The notes beneath the pieces are model-generated. The model ran no database searches and was not told the origin of the DNA. It worked only from the letters and a program-made list of their open reading frames with translations. Below, piece after piece: positions 37,533 through 51,839 of a stretch of DNA of 64,000 bases. This DNA is from Bigelowiella natans CCMP2755 (taxonomy: Eukaryota > Protista > Cercozoa). A program made the translations under genes and the position numbers. The stretch covers positions 24,587 to 88,586 of the forward strand of contig ADNK01000436.1 in NCBI GenBank assembly GCA_000320545.1. Reading direction: 5' to 3'. Position 1 is the stretch's first letter. Each line of letters opens with the position of its first letter.

Positions 37533-38470
37533 GAACTAATCTGTCTCTTTCGCTATGTTTTCTTCTACCCTCCCCCCCCCCTAGATTCCTCCCCCTGCTG
37601 CGGGAGGAACAACAGCGCAGACCTCCAACAAACCCCGTCCATCCCCCTTAAAGACTGATGCGGCACAGATTCCGGTCAAGCGTAAGGTTTTCAGTCCGAA
37701 GAATAAAAGCGGCAAGTATGCCGGAAGTGAAGGTTCCCAGCCGTCTCACCGTAGCATCAAAAGCAAGTCGTCGAAGAAAGGCAAGATCACCACCATTAGC
37801 AGGAGCACCTCGCGCAACAGCGTTCACTCTGATAAGAGCTCGAAGAGCAAGCGTCGCCAGAGCGAGATGAAGATGAGGAAGGAGCAGGTGAGAGGCTCTT
37901 GAATGCACTATCTGTCTAAATAGGAAAGAAGATACATACACAAAGCATCGTCTTACTTTCTGTACTACCATCAACATCTTTCTCTCTCATCATCACGATC
38001 GTCAACCACAATCATCGTCATCATTATTATAGTTCCTATCAATTCCCTCTAATAATACCTCAATGGTGCCAGGACGCGATGTTCAAGCTGAAATTGGTGG
38101 AGCTTCAATCTCAGGTTGACGACCTTCAGAAGGACCTCGAAGAGCGCCCAACACAGGATGGCATCGCGACTACCATTGCAGGACTAAAGCAGCAAGATGA
38201 GAAATCTGACGCAGAAATAGCCAGACTCAGGGTGAAGCTTCTAGAAACTAAGACACAGCTAGCTTTCAAGAGTGAGCAACTCGAGAAGCAGTCGAATCGC
38301 CTGAGCAAATGTAGGTTTTTGAAGAATTGACATGGAACACCTACTTCGTTCTTTCATCCGAGCAGTTCCTCCTCTCAGACAAAATTGGCATAGAAAAAAA
38401 ATCGCACGCATTTCCCGCTGATATCCATTAGTGTGCATAGCAGACCAACAACAAGTCCACTCACACACAC

Positions 38471-38505
<35 letters not shown>

Positions 38506-39838
38506 CTTATAATAGTTTGATACGACACTAACACGTGCACGTTGGTAATTCTTCATCTTTCCCTTGTAGTGCAAGCGAGAGTTTCGAATATGGACGGCTT
38601 GGATGACACCGAGAACGATCAGAAGAAAGCCAACAAAGACGATGAGCAAGATAAAGCGACTGGGCCTAAGAAAGTCCCACTTCCCGTACGAATCGCTCAG
38701 AACAAAGCTGTACTCAATCTCCATCGGGATTGGATTACCAAGAACAACAGGGAGCTAGGTTCCATGCGGGAGTGGATTAGGTGAGTCTGAATCGCTACGC
38801 GCGTGTGCATGCATCTGTGTGTGTTGTGCGTGTTGGATGCGCCCATTGAGTATTGCGTGTATTTTTAGTCGGGTGCGTAGCCTGCTTAGGGACAATAGAA
38901 ACAACGGGCAGTTCACTAGCACCTTGACGGATAAGATCAGCAAACAAATTGACTCCCTGCAGAAACAAATACAAGCAAAGGCCAGCAAAACTGAGTAAGC
39001 GTGGAGGGCCTAGGGGGGGGGGGGATTGAATGCGTGCCTGTGCATCACCGACCGAGAGCACAGATCTTCATTAACAAAGGAGAGCGCCAATGATTTCTTC
39101 CAATTTACGCGCTATTTTCAACGTGGTGCAGGAGAAAAGCCATCATCAGATCCTTTCGCAATGAAGTTCTGGTGATATGGTGTAGCAATCATATAGAGTG
39201 AGCAATGAAACGTAAAACCACCTTTCAGATCCGAAACGATCGACAGGTCTCCTAGAGTGTGATGTCACAGGGTGCATGATGATATAATGCATAGAGATGC
39301 TGTCTTGATGCTTGTGCACATATTGCTACCATCACAGCCTTCAAGCCAAGGCGAATGCGAGCGATTTTGAGAAAATCGTGGACTTTATGAACGGAGGAAG
39401 GACCCCCATACTCTCAACGAAAGCACTTATGAGATACAAATGTAACGTGTCCGTAATAGCGTTTCGCAACTCTAAATGCCCTTGGTGCACCAACAGAAAC
39501 TAACATACTGTGAGCATGCAAATGAGTGCGTGTGGGGGGGGGGGTGGATCGGTCGGTGTTGGTGGATGCCGGTGGATGAAGTTGTGCCATCAAAAAGGTA
39601 CATCTTGCGAGCGTCCGATCCTTCAGCTGGACTCCTTGCCCTCGAAAGATATAAGGCGCAGTAGCTTTCCTGCTCAAACTACACACTCAATTGCACCCAG
39701 CTTCCTGGCCAACTCAAGAAGGCTCGTGGAGACGATGATGAATGACCTAAATCACACATCAGCACAAGGTGCCAATTGCTCTTTCATCTTTACTATCACA
39801 CTGAATCTCTCCCGCTTAACAAGAGTGAGTGAGAGAGG

Positions 39839-39884
<46 letters not shown>

Positions 39885-40162
39885 TGAGAAGAATGTTCTT
39901 GCTAACGAAGCTAACGCAATGCACCTCCCCCTACCAAAAGGCCCATCCCTCTTATCTACTCCCTCAATTCCCTCGCATACACTCCCTAGGCACCGAATTC
40001 AAGAATAGCTCAACCAAGTCCATCATTATACCGAGTAAGGATATCGGATCTCCCACCTCTGTGTCAAGCATGGAGTTAAGGCCGTCGTCTTCTCCTGGTG
40101 ACGCGCAAGCCGACTCCGCAATGCGCTCTAGCGTGACACTGCCTTCCCTCAATACAACATAG
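36378..40162 (+). CDS. Coiled-coil protein with C-terminal QRICH2/C16orf96 (DUF4795)-like region
   Basis: Long first exon (36378-~37167), heptad-rich exons, then LQAKAN...TPILSTKALMRYKC|..SCERPI, resembling the CxSCDRP motif of DUF4795 proteins. TAG at 40162. Confidence 0.6.
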
Positions 40163-40543
40163 CTCTTTGGGAATAGTGCGTTCCGCAATGCGCGCAAACA
40201 CCTGCTCGCCTTAATGACGGGAGCAAGGGTGTTGTCATAGAATCGAACTGTCGCAACAAAACTACCGACAGGGAGCGGCACATAGATCCATTCTTCCAGC
40301 CTTCGATGTGCCCTGTAGGCTTTATCTCTTGCGCATGCATTCTCACTGTTCTTCAATTCCTAATAGACACAAGTTATCCGGTACATGTGAAATAAGTAGC
40401 TGACACCATGTCTGTTAGAGGGTCTCGGGTACCAACATTTCAGGTGTTCCTTGAAATTCCTACCACATACATGTGTATCAAAACAAAACATTAAGTTCCA
40501 ACTTGCGCAACACATATGCTTACCGCTCTTCACGCATCATACG

Positions 40544-40707
40544 GACAGGGATCATTCCAAGGGTGTAAATGGGGGTGTAAGCTTACACCCCGAAGCGCCA
40601 ATATTTACACCCTCGCGCAAACAATTTTCTGCATTTTGCTTTGATATGCGTTTGCTCTTAATGATAGACACTGGTATTCCCTGTCTACATAATCTTACAC
40701 CCTGTCT
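40544..40707. repeat. Nested inverted-repeat mini-element (MITE-like), GGGTGTAA motif x5
   Basis: Perfect 20-bp palindrome at 40572-40591, inside an 11-bp inverted repeat (40560-40570 / 40603-40613). GACAGGG at 40544 pairs with CCCTGTC at ~40679 and ~40700. Confidence 0.65.
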
Positions 40708-41279
40708 CTAATTTTTACATTCTCAAATCTCCGCTAGAATAATCCCTGCATACGGAGTAGTAGCGATGGCATGCCGAAGGCCATTATAATTATTAACAAC
40801 AGCACGCACTTGCTTTGCATCCTTGCGACGCATGTCGTCTGCACGCGCACGTGGGGTCGCCAATTTAATTGTGTCTCTTTCGTTGTCATATGCGCACATG
40901 CGCATACATATGCATGCCGTTTATTCATTGTGTGCTAGCTTTATTTGTGGCCATCAAACACAAGCAATGAGCTCCCGAGATGTACACGTACCGCATCGTG
41001 CGTGGTTGCATACCAATCAAATGCAACGCCTTCATTGCTTTCTGAAAACTGGTCTGCTGATCTGCGGTGTAGCTGTTTTTCGAACTCAATGGTAGCTGTG
41101 CGTCAGGTTAGCTGCGTCACAGCGTGGTTTCTCCATATACTTGTGGGAGTGTCAGTAGTGTTTTCTTTTCTTTAAGGATAAGGTATGTGTGCATACACGT
41201 ACGCGGACAATTAAATGCATCGAAGCTGATCTGAACGGCACTCATCATGCATGCAACACATCCGTTGTGATGTTCCATT

Positions 41280-42164
41280 TCACTCGTCGTACGCCTGGCT
41301 CAAAGTCTGGTCTATGAGAGTTTTCAACGACTCCAACCGAAACTCGTGCTTTTCCGCCATCTTGCATAAGAGATCATTCGGGAAGGCTTTGAGCTGCGAG
41401 CTTGGGTTCTGGCACAACGGACAGCGTTTGAGCCCTTGTGCACAGGTTTTGCAGAACGAATGCCCGCATGATGCCGTCACTGGATCGCGATAAGTATTTT
41501 GACACAAACGGCACGTGAAAGCCATCTGTTTACGAATTCGAAGGAGGCAGACCAATCAATCGCATATACACATTAAACACAAAAAGAAAGATATGCAAAT
41601 ACACGCACACGCACGCACGCACACACACACAAACAGGCACACACATAAGAGGCCCTCTGTCTCCCTTTCTTCCTCAGGAAGTTATGAAGGAGGCTGAGAA
41701 TGATGACGATGCTATATATTCCCATACGTGACGGGAGAGATGTCAACCATCGGTACTCTCCGTGCAACAGTCGCGCGTGCGTGGATGGCGTTTGGTACAG
41801 GTGCTTTTTCCTTTTCTTTCACTCACGAATCATTCACATGAGAACGCTAGATATTACCGCGTCTGATTCCTCCGCTTTAAGGAGTTTATGCACTGTGACC
41901 ATCAAGACTCCTCTCTGCTTTTCCTCGATATCACTACATTTGCGTCTCTTCTCGTCGTTCGTAACAGCGCTTTTCATATGCCTTTCCAGCTTGTCGCGAG
42001 TCTGCTCAAGATCGCTCGAAGATGCGTGAAGCTGTCGCTCAAGGCTAAGGATCGTCTGGTGCTGGCTTGCAACCTTAGCAATTTTCCAGGCAATGTTTTG
42101 GCATAGATGAAAATCTTACTTTCTTCATATCTCGCTTTCTCTCTCTTAATATGTTATCGTATTG

Positions 42165-42200
<36 letters not shown>

Positions 42201-42202
42201 AT

Positions 42203-42248
<46 letters not shown>

Positions 42249-42542
42249 AGCCTTTTTCAATACGAGGAGCAAACAGAAGCCACTACTCGTACTATGAATA
42301 TAACATTGATGATGATGGTTGCTGCTTCAAATACCCACTGCCTAGGTCTACTACCTTATCAACTAGTTTACTAACACGATCCGACCAACCCACTGGCTTC
42401 TCTCCGTCGTTCGAATCGCTGAGAGGAACGAAGTGGAGAAGGATAAGAGCGGAACAGATCATCGTGGGAAGCAAAAGTTAAAAAGAAAAGCGAATCAACC
42501 GAGCTAAACAACAACAACAACAACAAACACTAGAAAATAACT

Positions 42543-42578
<36 letters not shown>

Positions 42579-42584
42579 GCATAT

Positions 42585-42638
<54 letters not shown>

Positions 42639-43327
42639 CAATACCGTAGGAATTGAATCTCTGAGTGCAGATCCGAGACGATCTTGTCGAGTTTTCCAAC
42701 CCGTGCCTCCTCAAAGACTTTCCCAGATACCAGCCGTTTGTTTTCGCTCTCTAGTTCGGCACGTGTTTCCTGTCACAGGCAGCGCCCACGTAGCAATGGA
42801 TGATTTAGAACAACGGAGAAGCTTTTAGCTTGCTTTAAGAGATATAGTTTATACAACATCAGCAGGGACGTCAAGTTTTTGTAGTTTATCATTTCCACCA
42901 GCATCATCACATTTCTATTTCAATATCCCTTGGTTACACTATGTCCGCGTCGAAAGGACGCCTTAGAGACAACATCCGCCGATGCAAGTTTCGTAAACAA
43001 GCACGCACATGCGTGGTTGGTGGGACGAGAGCGTTCAACCATATTCTCACAAGTCGTCGCCACCTCCTCCACCTCCACCTCCCCTACCTCTCAATCATTA
43101 CCTCGAGACTCTTCACTTGGGAGACGGCGTGCTTATACTTGGCATCTAGTTGGTTGCAAGCTTCGAAAATCTTGAACTTTTCCTTTCTAGAGATCTCTAG
43201 GAGGTCTTTCAAGCTCTCCGCGTTCCCCTCTGCCTCCTCTAGTGCCTTTACACGTGCTTCCAGCACGTCGCGTGACTTAATAACGGTGTCAAATTGAACC
43301 TGGGTGCATGGGCATGTATGTGTGCGC

Positions 43328-43370
<43 letters not shown>

Positions 43371-45340
43371 CGGGCGCGCGCTGTCTGCTGTGCATGTAAG
43401 CTACGACAGTAGCTATCTAAGAATATCCTTCTAAATGACCTCCCTCCTTCACCTCCGACCTACCTGTAGTGTCGCCTTAGCTGCTTTGTAGAACTCAGCC
43501 CTGTCGTTCAGCGCTTTGCGAGCAATCTCGTGTTGAACCTTCATCTCCTCCATTTTCTGGTTGACGTTTTTTAGAGCCATTAGCGTGTTCTTGGTGTTGG
43601 TCTCGTCTGCTCCGTAAGCGTCGCTCAGCTGGCGAAACTTGCTCTTCGATTTCTCCAGGCTTACCCGCAGTTCTGATTCGTTCTCTCTGAGGACGTGAGC
43701 AGGACGGCAAAGCGAGGCAAATCATTTCACGAAAGATGCAGCGCGGTACTCACCCCCAAAAACCATTTCCAATTATTTCATAGACTATACATATATGTAC
43801 AAATGTGTGTATGTGTGTACGTGTGTGAACGTGTGATTTTTTCGGCATATCATCATCATCATTTTCCATCCCTCACCTCGAGATCTTGAGCCGCTCCTTA
43901 ACTTGCTCCAGGTCGAGCTCGGACCTCTTCAGCTTATTCATGCCTCTGTTCTTCTCCGCCACTAGGCCACCGATGTGCGCTTCGTGCTTCAAGCACGAAT
44001 TGTTAAGCGACTTGACTTCCGAAGAGAGATGCTCAATTTTGGCTTGGAGATCCTTCGTTTTGCTAGCTGAGCTGCGGTTCAACGCCTCCAACTCACGCGT
44101 GGCCTTGTTAAGCTTGTCTTCGATCGAGGCTCGTGCTAGGTTCACGCCGCGCAGCTTCGACATTAAGGAGTCCTCTTTCTCATCCATTTCCTAATGATAA
44201 CAGCACGATGTGTGTGTACGTGTGGAGACTATCTTTCTCTCTCCCCCTCTCCCTCTTTAGTTGACTGATTGCTTCCATGTGTATTGCTGCTATTGCCCCT
44301 ACTATGACAACGAGGACTGTGCAAGAGGCCAACCTTGATCTGGAGTTCTCTTTCACTTATGCTATCTTCGAGCTCCTTAATCCTCTCGTACGACCGCTCA
44401 GTCCCGGCACGCAACCTGACAAGTTCTTCCTCGTAGTCCTTGAGGCGACGACGAGCTTTTTCTAGGGCTTCTGTATCGCGTTTGTCATGGTTCGAAATGG
44501 ATTCAATTCTTTCGATGTCTCTTTTGAGGGAGCGAATCTTTGTTGCCTTATGTTCATATGTGAGGAGGGGTTCAGCTGCATTGACGATGAAAGGACACAT
44601 TAATAAGAACATCATGTTATCAGTACACCTGTGCAGTGCATAAATTTGAGACCGCCTTGTAGTTTCGCCGTGTTGCGAGCAGAGTGTTGCTTTTCTCTTC
44701 CAACTGTTCCTGGAGATTTTTCACCTGACGCGTGCGCCGGTTGAAGATAGTAAATGAAATGGTGCACATGTAGACATATCTTTAATACACTCACACATAT
44801 ATCATCTGCATTATGTTGTTGGTAAGCTATATTTTGGGGGAATGGAAGGATGGATGCACGTAGATACATGACATAGCGAGATGGAATCTCTGACAAACTG
44901 TTTTGCCGTCGTTTTACCTTGCCCTTCAATTGTAATAGAATTTTGTCCTTGCTCCCTGTGCTGGACGTTTCATCTGTGAAACTTTTCTCCCTCCTATTAG
45001 CCAAAAAGGAACGCCGCCCAGACTGTGTTTTTGGATTATGTGAAAAGAATCATGGTCAGTAGGCGTAAATAGATCTTTGAGTAGTCTATTGTTTGGAACA
45101 CACACCCTTCTCCCGAAGCTAGCAGTCTTGCTGTTGGATCCTGGACTCGACAAATCTGTCATCATTACAATATGAGGCACCGATCCCGGGTGGGTGCCTC
45201 TGTCTCTTCTTCTGTACTCAAGCTTCTCCGCTCGAAACAGTTACAGGCTTCCGTTTCTAGTAGTGCAGATGGGCATCCATTCGATGCGCCCGAATGGCGT
45301 CGTTGTGTAGTTGATACCGGGCATTATCAACCTGCGACAT
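41280..45340 (-). CDS. Long coiled-coil protein with C-terminal C3HC4 RING finger (putative E3 ligase)
   Basis: Last exon FTCRLCQNTYRDPVTASCGHSFCKTCAQGLKRCPLC...FPNDLL; upstream heptad-rich exons (ORFs 43873-44187, 44229-44615, 43084-43395). Start codon approximate. Confidence 0.75.
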
Positions 45341-45912
45341 AAACTAAATCCCCTGAGCTAGAAATCCCGGAAAAACTGAAACGCCTAGGAGCTGGAGGAG
45401 TGGCGGATGGCAAGGAACAAAATGACATGTTTTCGTGATGTTTCTCCGATTAAATAATTTCTGATGCTGCCTATCGGGGACTGTTCACTTTTCAATCGCG
45501 AGAGAAACACTCGGTGCTACAAACAGCAGATTTAGACCAAGATCTATCCTACGCATATCTGAAGGGAATACACGCGGGAACCCTTCTCGTTTATTTGTCG
45601 ATATTAAGATATACTGTTCGTTCCATAAACGAAATACCCTATAGAAATTTCCCGATCTGAGTGAGATATATCTTGTCGCAATAACTGATTATTAACCCAC
45701 ACGATCAACAAGGGATATTTTATTTCATCGATTCGATCTGGATCCAAAAAATATCGAAAACTTATGTAATCTTAAATTACGACAATACAAAAAGGATGAC
45801 GTAGGATTAAATTCAAGCTATTTCAAGAATCAACATAAAAACATAATATCTTAAAAAACGAATATAAGAGAGAGACCTCCAGCTATCCGTTCCTTCCCCC
45901 TCTACGCCAGCT

Positions 45913-47576
45913 ATGTCTGCCAAAAGTAATTGTTGTGCGTCACGGGTTAAAGTTGCTCCGTGTGAGCATGTGATGAAGTTATTTCAGGGGTGCAACTTTC
46001 ATTGCTCGCTTCCCCTCTCACATCCTAATAAAACGTTGGGGGAGGAGGAGCATTCTTTCAGCAATATCACGAGCCAGCTGAGAATTTCTGATTCAATATT
46101 CATCCTATACAGAAGGGATCAAATTGCCATTGGCCGGGCATAAAACTCTCAGAGAGGGCAAGGCAGGTTGTAGGCTGAGTCATGAAAGTGATGAGAGAGA
46201 GACAGCAGAGATTGATCGATGTGTGTTGGTAACAACAGAGTTTTTAGGGTTCCGGGCCCCAAATAAGGATGTGCTTCATGATCACCTTTACACCATCAAC
46301 ACGGCGGATGATCCAACCTATATTTCTATGCTCAAATCCGACATATACCAGGTTTGGGGTGTGATTGTGGTGGTCTTCCTGCATACGCACACATGCCAAC
46401 ACGCGCATGCACACGCACAGTATTTTGAATTCTAGCTTTTTCAGCTCGATATTTAAAAAAAACATACATTCCTTTCAGGTACAACGCCGCTTAGAGAAGG
46501 CAAAGCGCGGGCTTGTTCAGATGATGGGGTCCAGGCCCACATCAGCGCGAGGGCGTGACATTCACGCCATTACGGAAGCTACCTCGGAGGTAGACGCAAT
46601 AATCAGGGAGAATGCGAAAAAGAAATCGAGGATCAAATTAAAGCTTACAGAACTTCTCAATGCAAAAATGGTGCTCCTTGAGACGGTACTATCCTCTCCT
46701 ATGCGCGATAACGATCGACAGCAAGAAATAAAACATTGTAGCTATTCACCAATTTTTTTCATCCATGGTCCTGATTTTCATGGTGGAGAACAGCGATGTG
46801 TCACTGAGGCTGAGTTACGATATTATTATCATTAATATTAACGATTACATCGTTTCAAAGTTCCACCATTGATAACTCCTGTTGTATGCGTGCGTCAAGG
46901 TGATTCTGCGGCTTGCTGATGGGGCAAGGGTCTTCAGAAACGTATCGGTCGGAGTCCTCTTTGTTATGAAGTCTTTTTGACAGCGTCAGTTTCCCCCTTC
47001 TCACTAGAGAGGGGCAAGGACACAAGTATTTGATGTTCGATGGGGCTGCTGCTATCGTCTTTTTTTTAAATATCATCAGAACAACTACGGTGCTCCTTCG
47101 ATGTCGCGTTTACCAGCGTTCCTGGAGATTGTGGATCAGCTGCTGGCACTTCAACGGATGGCAGCGCGCACGCCGATGAAGCTCGATTCTGAGATGGAGC
47201 TCGACAAGGTGGTGCGCACTGTTAGCTAGTGACACATTTAGACACAACACGGATGGTTGATGGTTCCTAGCGGGGAAGTACATCAGACCAACGACGACGA
47301 CGAACGATGATGATCTGACGATAATCAACATCTTCGTCATCATTAGTACGTAAGGCGACGATCGACCGTGTAGCTGAGCAGCATTTCACCGATCACCTAT
47401 TTTCTTTGCGACGTATATCATTGCCCCAACAACAATAGTAGCTGCGATGAAAGTAGTACCTCCGATGTGCTGCCATCCTGTGAGCGCTTTTGTTCTCTTT
47501 AGCTCGACAGCGCCCCCCTCCCCAAGGCAATTAAGAAGCTCGAAAACCAGCTACAGAAGGTACATAGATGTGCACA

Positions 47577-47617
<41 letters not shown>

Positions 47618-48285
47618 AAAAAAATAAACATGTGTGTGTCTGTGTGTGTGAGTTTGAAAGTTTAAGAAATTTTACCGACACTTATTATACACACAGCTGG
47701 GAAGTGATTTGGATCTTCCGTGGAAGACGTATTCGTCGGAGGAGCTATCAGCTACGCGGGTGGACAACGCAGCATCATTCCTAGGCACTCTCACCCAAAG
47801 CTGCATCGCACCTCTGCAATCGAAGCTGAAGGATGCTGTCGGGACCAATGCCAAGCTCAAGAATGACAGCGAAAAGCTGCACAAACACCTCGAGGAGGTA
47901 GTAACTTGAAGTCGGTGGGTGTTGTTTTAGAAGTGGTAGTAGAAGTAGCAGTAGGAAGAGGGGAAGAGGAGGTTAAAATATGATTGAATCCGAGGCATTT
48001 GCATGGACTCAGAATCTCCTCCTCCTCCTCCTCCTCCTCCATGCTCTCTCCATCTCGATTGTTATTGATGCTTTGCACCACCACCACCACCACCATCACC
48101 ATTGACCATTGTTCCAGGCTCACGCAAAGATCCAAGACTTAAGTAGTAGCAGCAGCAGTAGCAGCAGCAGCTCTGCTCCCACCACTAGCACCTCCAGCAA
48201 CATGAATACAAAGAAGGAATTGAAGGAACTAGAAGGACGATACAAAAAGGTGCTTGTTGTTTGCTGTTTACTACTGCTGCTACTG

Positions 48286-48321
<36 letters not shown>

Positions 48322-49179
48322 ATGGTGATGGTGATGGTGATGGTGGTTGAGGTGTTGTGGTGGCGGTGTAGGTTGGCGGTGTCTTCTTTCTTGCTTATAT
48401 ACTCTTGTAGTTTTGATGCTCAAATCATCATCATCATCATCATCATCATCCTCACTATCATCATCGCCATTACCATCATTCTCACAGGTACAGGCGGAGC
48501 TTGAGAGCCTAAGGCGCCGCAAAGGCCAGAAAGAGGACGCAACGGCAGAGGTAGCATACAATGTATGGTGCGGCCAACAACTGGTCTTGCCCGGATTTTC
48601 CTGACATTCCCCCTCCTTCATACAAGATCGTGTTTATCCTTTATCATCATACAACGCTTTCTAATACTACTGCTGAGCCCTACTACTACTCATGACCTGG
48701 AAATGATTTTTTATTATTAAAAAAAAAGGCCGTCGAGTCGGTACGCGAGGAGTTGGGCATTGAAATCTCGCGGCTCAAGGGAAACATGAGCGACAAGGAG
48801 ATGCAGGTTTGTAGTTGTTCGCTGCCCATGCTGATTGGGGAGTGGTAAGGGAGGGGGGCCCTAGCGACGCGCTATATGTGAACGTATGTGTGCGTGCGTG
48901 CGTGCGTGCGTGCGTGCATTCGCGACAACATATCGTCGTTTTAAACAACTGTCCTGTCCCATCTCTCATCGGTCATGGCACTGGCAGCTCGCCAAAGCAA
49001 GAGAAGAGCTCGCAGAGTGCCAAAACCGACTGGATGAGACAGCGCGTCAGGCCGACGAGTCCCAAAAGGCCGAGAAGGTCCGGAAATGTTTGTGAGGGGG
49101 TAGGCAAGTAAGAGCGGAGGGGGGGAAAGAGAAGTAAATCGCAGCAGAAGAAACGCCGTTCGATCCTTTGTATATGATT

Positions 49180-49213
<34 letters not shown>

Positions 49214-49343
49214 GTATATATAATACCATGTACGAACAAACAGCTAGCGAGAAAGAAGGCGACGAGCGATTCTTCACTCTTGGAGTCCCAGAAGGAGGCC
49301 TTAGAGAAGAGAATTAAGGTGAATGCATATCTGCCTTTTATTA

Positions 49344-49374
<31 letters not shown>

Positions 49375-49443
49375 GGCTTCTTTGATGATACCAGCAGTGC
49401 TGATGGCAACGATTATCTCATTCATTAATTTCTTTTCTGAACG

Positions 49444-49507
<64 letters not shown>

Positions 49508-49680
49508 CTTTGTATATATCACTGTGTAGATTCTAGAGGAGAAGAATAAGGGGTTGGAAGATACACTAGCTGGGAGAGGCGCGGATGTGCTAAATGAAGC
49601 GCTCAAGAAGGAGCTTGAGGCTGCTAAGGTTGAATGAGAATTGTGATGATGGTGATAATGCTGATAATGGTGATGATAAT

Positions 49681-49745
<65 letters not shown>

Positions 49746-49779
49746 TTCTATAATTTTTTTGAAAAGATAAATAAATGTA

Positions 49780-49815
<36 letters not shown>

Positions 49816-50425
49816 ATATATGCAATCAATATATATTGTGTGCAAATTACATACACGCACACTGTACATGCTGACTGGCTCTCTTCCGACTGATATTGCA
49901 GAATGAAATTGAAAAGCGCCAGAAGACATTAGCCGGCCTTGACATGTAAAAACTAACCTGCGATCTTGCTCTTCCTCTGCTGATGTGACGAGTGGGCATT
50001 TCAAATGCGACTAGATTTGCATATACCCGTCCTGATGCCGCCACAACCATGTAGGTACATGAAGGACATGACAGAGAAGAAGGATCTGGAACTCAAGCAG
50101 TGCAAGCAGAATATCGCAAAGTCTCCATATTCAAAAGATTTATATATAAATATATACATATCTACACATATATGTATTTACATATATCATTTATTTGTAT
50201 TTGTGTGTTGTGTGTGAGCGTGTGTACGTCGTATACATTATTGTGAGTATGAAAAGAAGACAGAAAGGGTTACATGCGGCCTCGAACCCTTCCCCTCCCC
50301 CCAATGAGGGTGGAGCTTTGCACTGTCGCTAGATTCCCCCCCATCAGTACAGAAGATGAGACAAAACCACGATTTCTGCCCCCCTCTCCCAGGATTGTAT
50401 TTGTATAGAGAGAGAAGAGAGAAAG

Positions 50426-50464
<39 letters not shown>

Positions 50465-51359
50465 GAGAGATTGAAACAACTGTCCTCTCATTTCATCTCA
50501 TCTTGAAAGTTCTCAAAATTTGCCGTTGTGAGTGACTGCTGTTCTGATGACTGTTTGCACTCCTCTGCCTCGTGCTTTCGAATTTGTTTACCGATTTTGC
50601 TGCCTTGTGTGACCGGTGTAGTATCAAACGCGATTTCGAGAAGGAAAGGGCCCAGTGGAAAAGCGAAGAAAAGCTGAAGGAAGAGCACATAAAAAAACTC
50701 AAGGTAATGGGGTCATGAGGACGGTGCTGATGATGGCGATGTTAATGATGTCAACTTCTTAACTTCTCCGTCGTTGGAAACAGCAACCCAGAGCGCTGCA
50801 TCTGCTCTCCCCTCGCGAGGGCGGGACAACATGAATGATCATTCCTCGTTGCTATTAGCTTATTGTTATTTCCTTCTTCTTCTTCTCCTTCTTCGCCTTC
50901 TCTTCATTCACCTGCGATCCTTTCCCACAGGACATGGTTCAGAAAGCCGAGAAGAACAACGAAGACGGCGAGGAGACTTTCGAAGACATTTTGCGAGAGG
51001 AAATGCGAGTGATGAAGGCAGCCTTCGAGCTAAAAATGAGCAACCTTCGCGAGGAGCTTGCGCAGAAATCCATCGCTTGCTCTAGAGAGGTTCTTTCAGT
51101 CACACAGCCAGACTCACCAACCAAACGACCATTTTCACACAGAAAGACACCCACATCAAAGAAAACCACTGTTGCATTCAGAGCTGAAGCAAGTACAACA
51201 CACAGAATGTCATCATCTCCATTCCTCCTTCTTTTCTGTTTCCTATGCACCATGTAGGTGAGACTTTTAAAATCGGAGCTCGAGTCGGAACGAAGAACGT
51301 CTTCATCCCTCACATCAAAATTGAAGGCCTTTGAAGCCTCGGCTGATTCAAAAAAGTAG
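45913..51359 (+). CDS. Coiled-coil protein, many exons
   Basis: MSAK|KGIKLPLAGHK..., heptad-rich exons, EETFEDILREEMRVMKAAFELKMSNLREEL; TAG 51357-51359. Confidence 0.65.
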
Positions 51360-51839
51360 TGTAAGCGCTATTTTATGAGCACGGGGAAATTGATTCCCAT
51401 GGATTTGCACGTGATTAAATCGCAGGCAAACTGAGATTCTGGTTAGATATGCGAGAGAACATGATGCTACTCTGACGCGTGACGTCGTTTGGTTAATAAC
51501 AGTGATTGCCGAATGAAATGGCGCAGGTGCGCTTCATGCAAGCAATGTCATCGCACGTTTTAGCCTGTGTCAAGCCACACAAACTGTCGTTGTTACCGCA
51601 AGCATTGCATATCCAAATGGGCCGCGATCCCATGCTAGCATGGTAGCATGCATGCACGTGCACATCTATGTGTGCGTTAACAACAGCTCTTAATGTGATG
51701 TGTTTTTACAAAGGCAAATGATACATTATAACATAATGATGAACATATTATGAAAATAGCTAATATAGCCTCGCTCGCTCAGTCATTGTGATAATTGTGC
51801 CATATCTGGCATACGTCTATGAAAAGGGGACGTCCGTTG

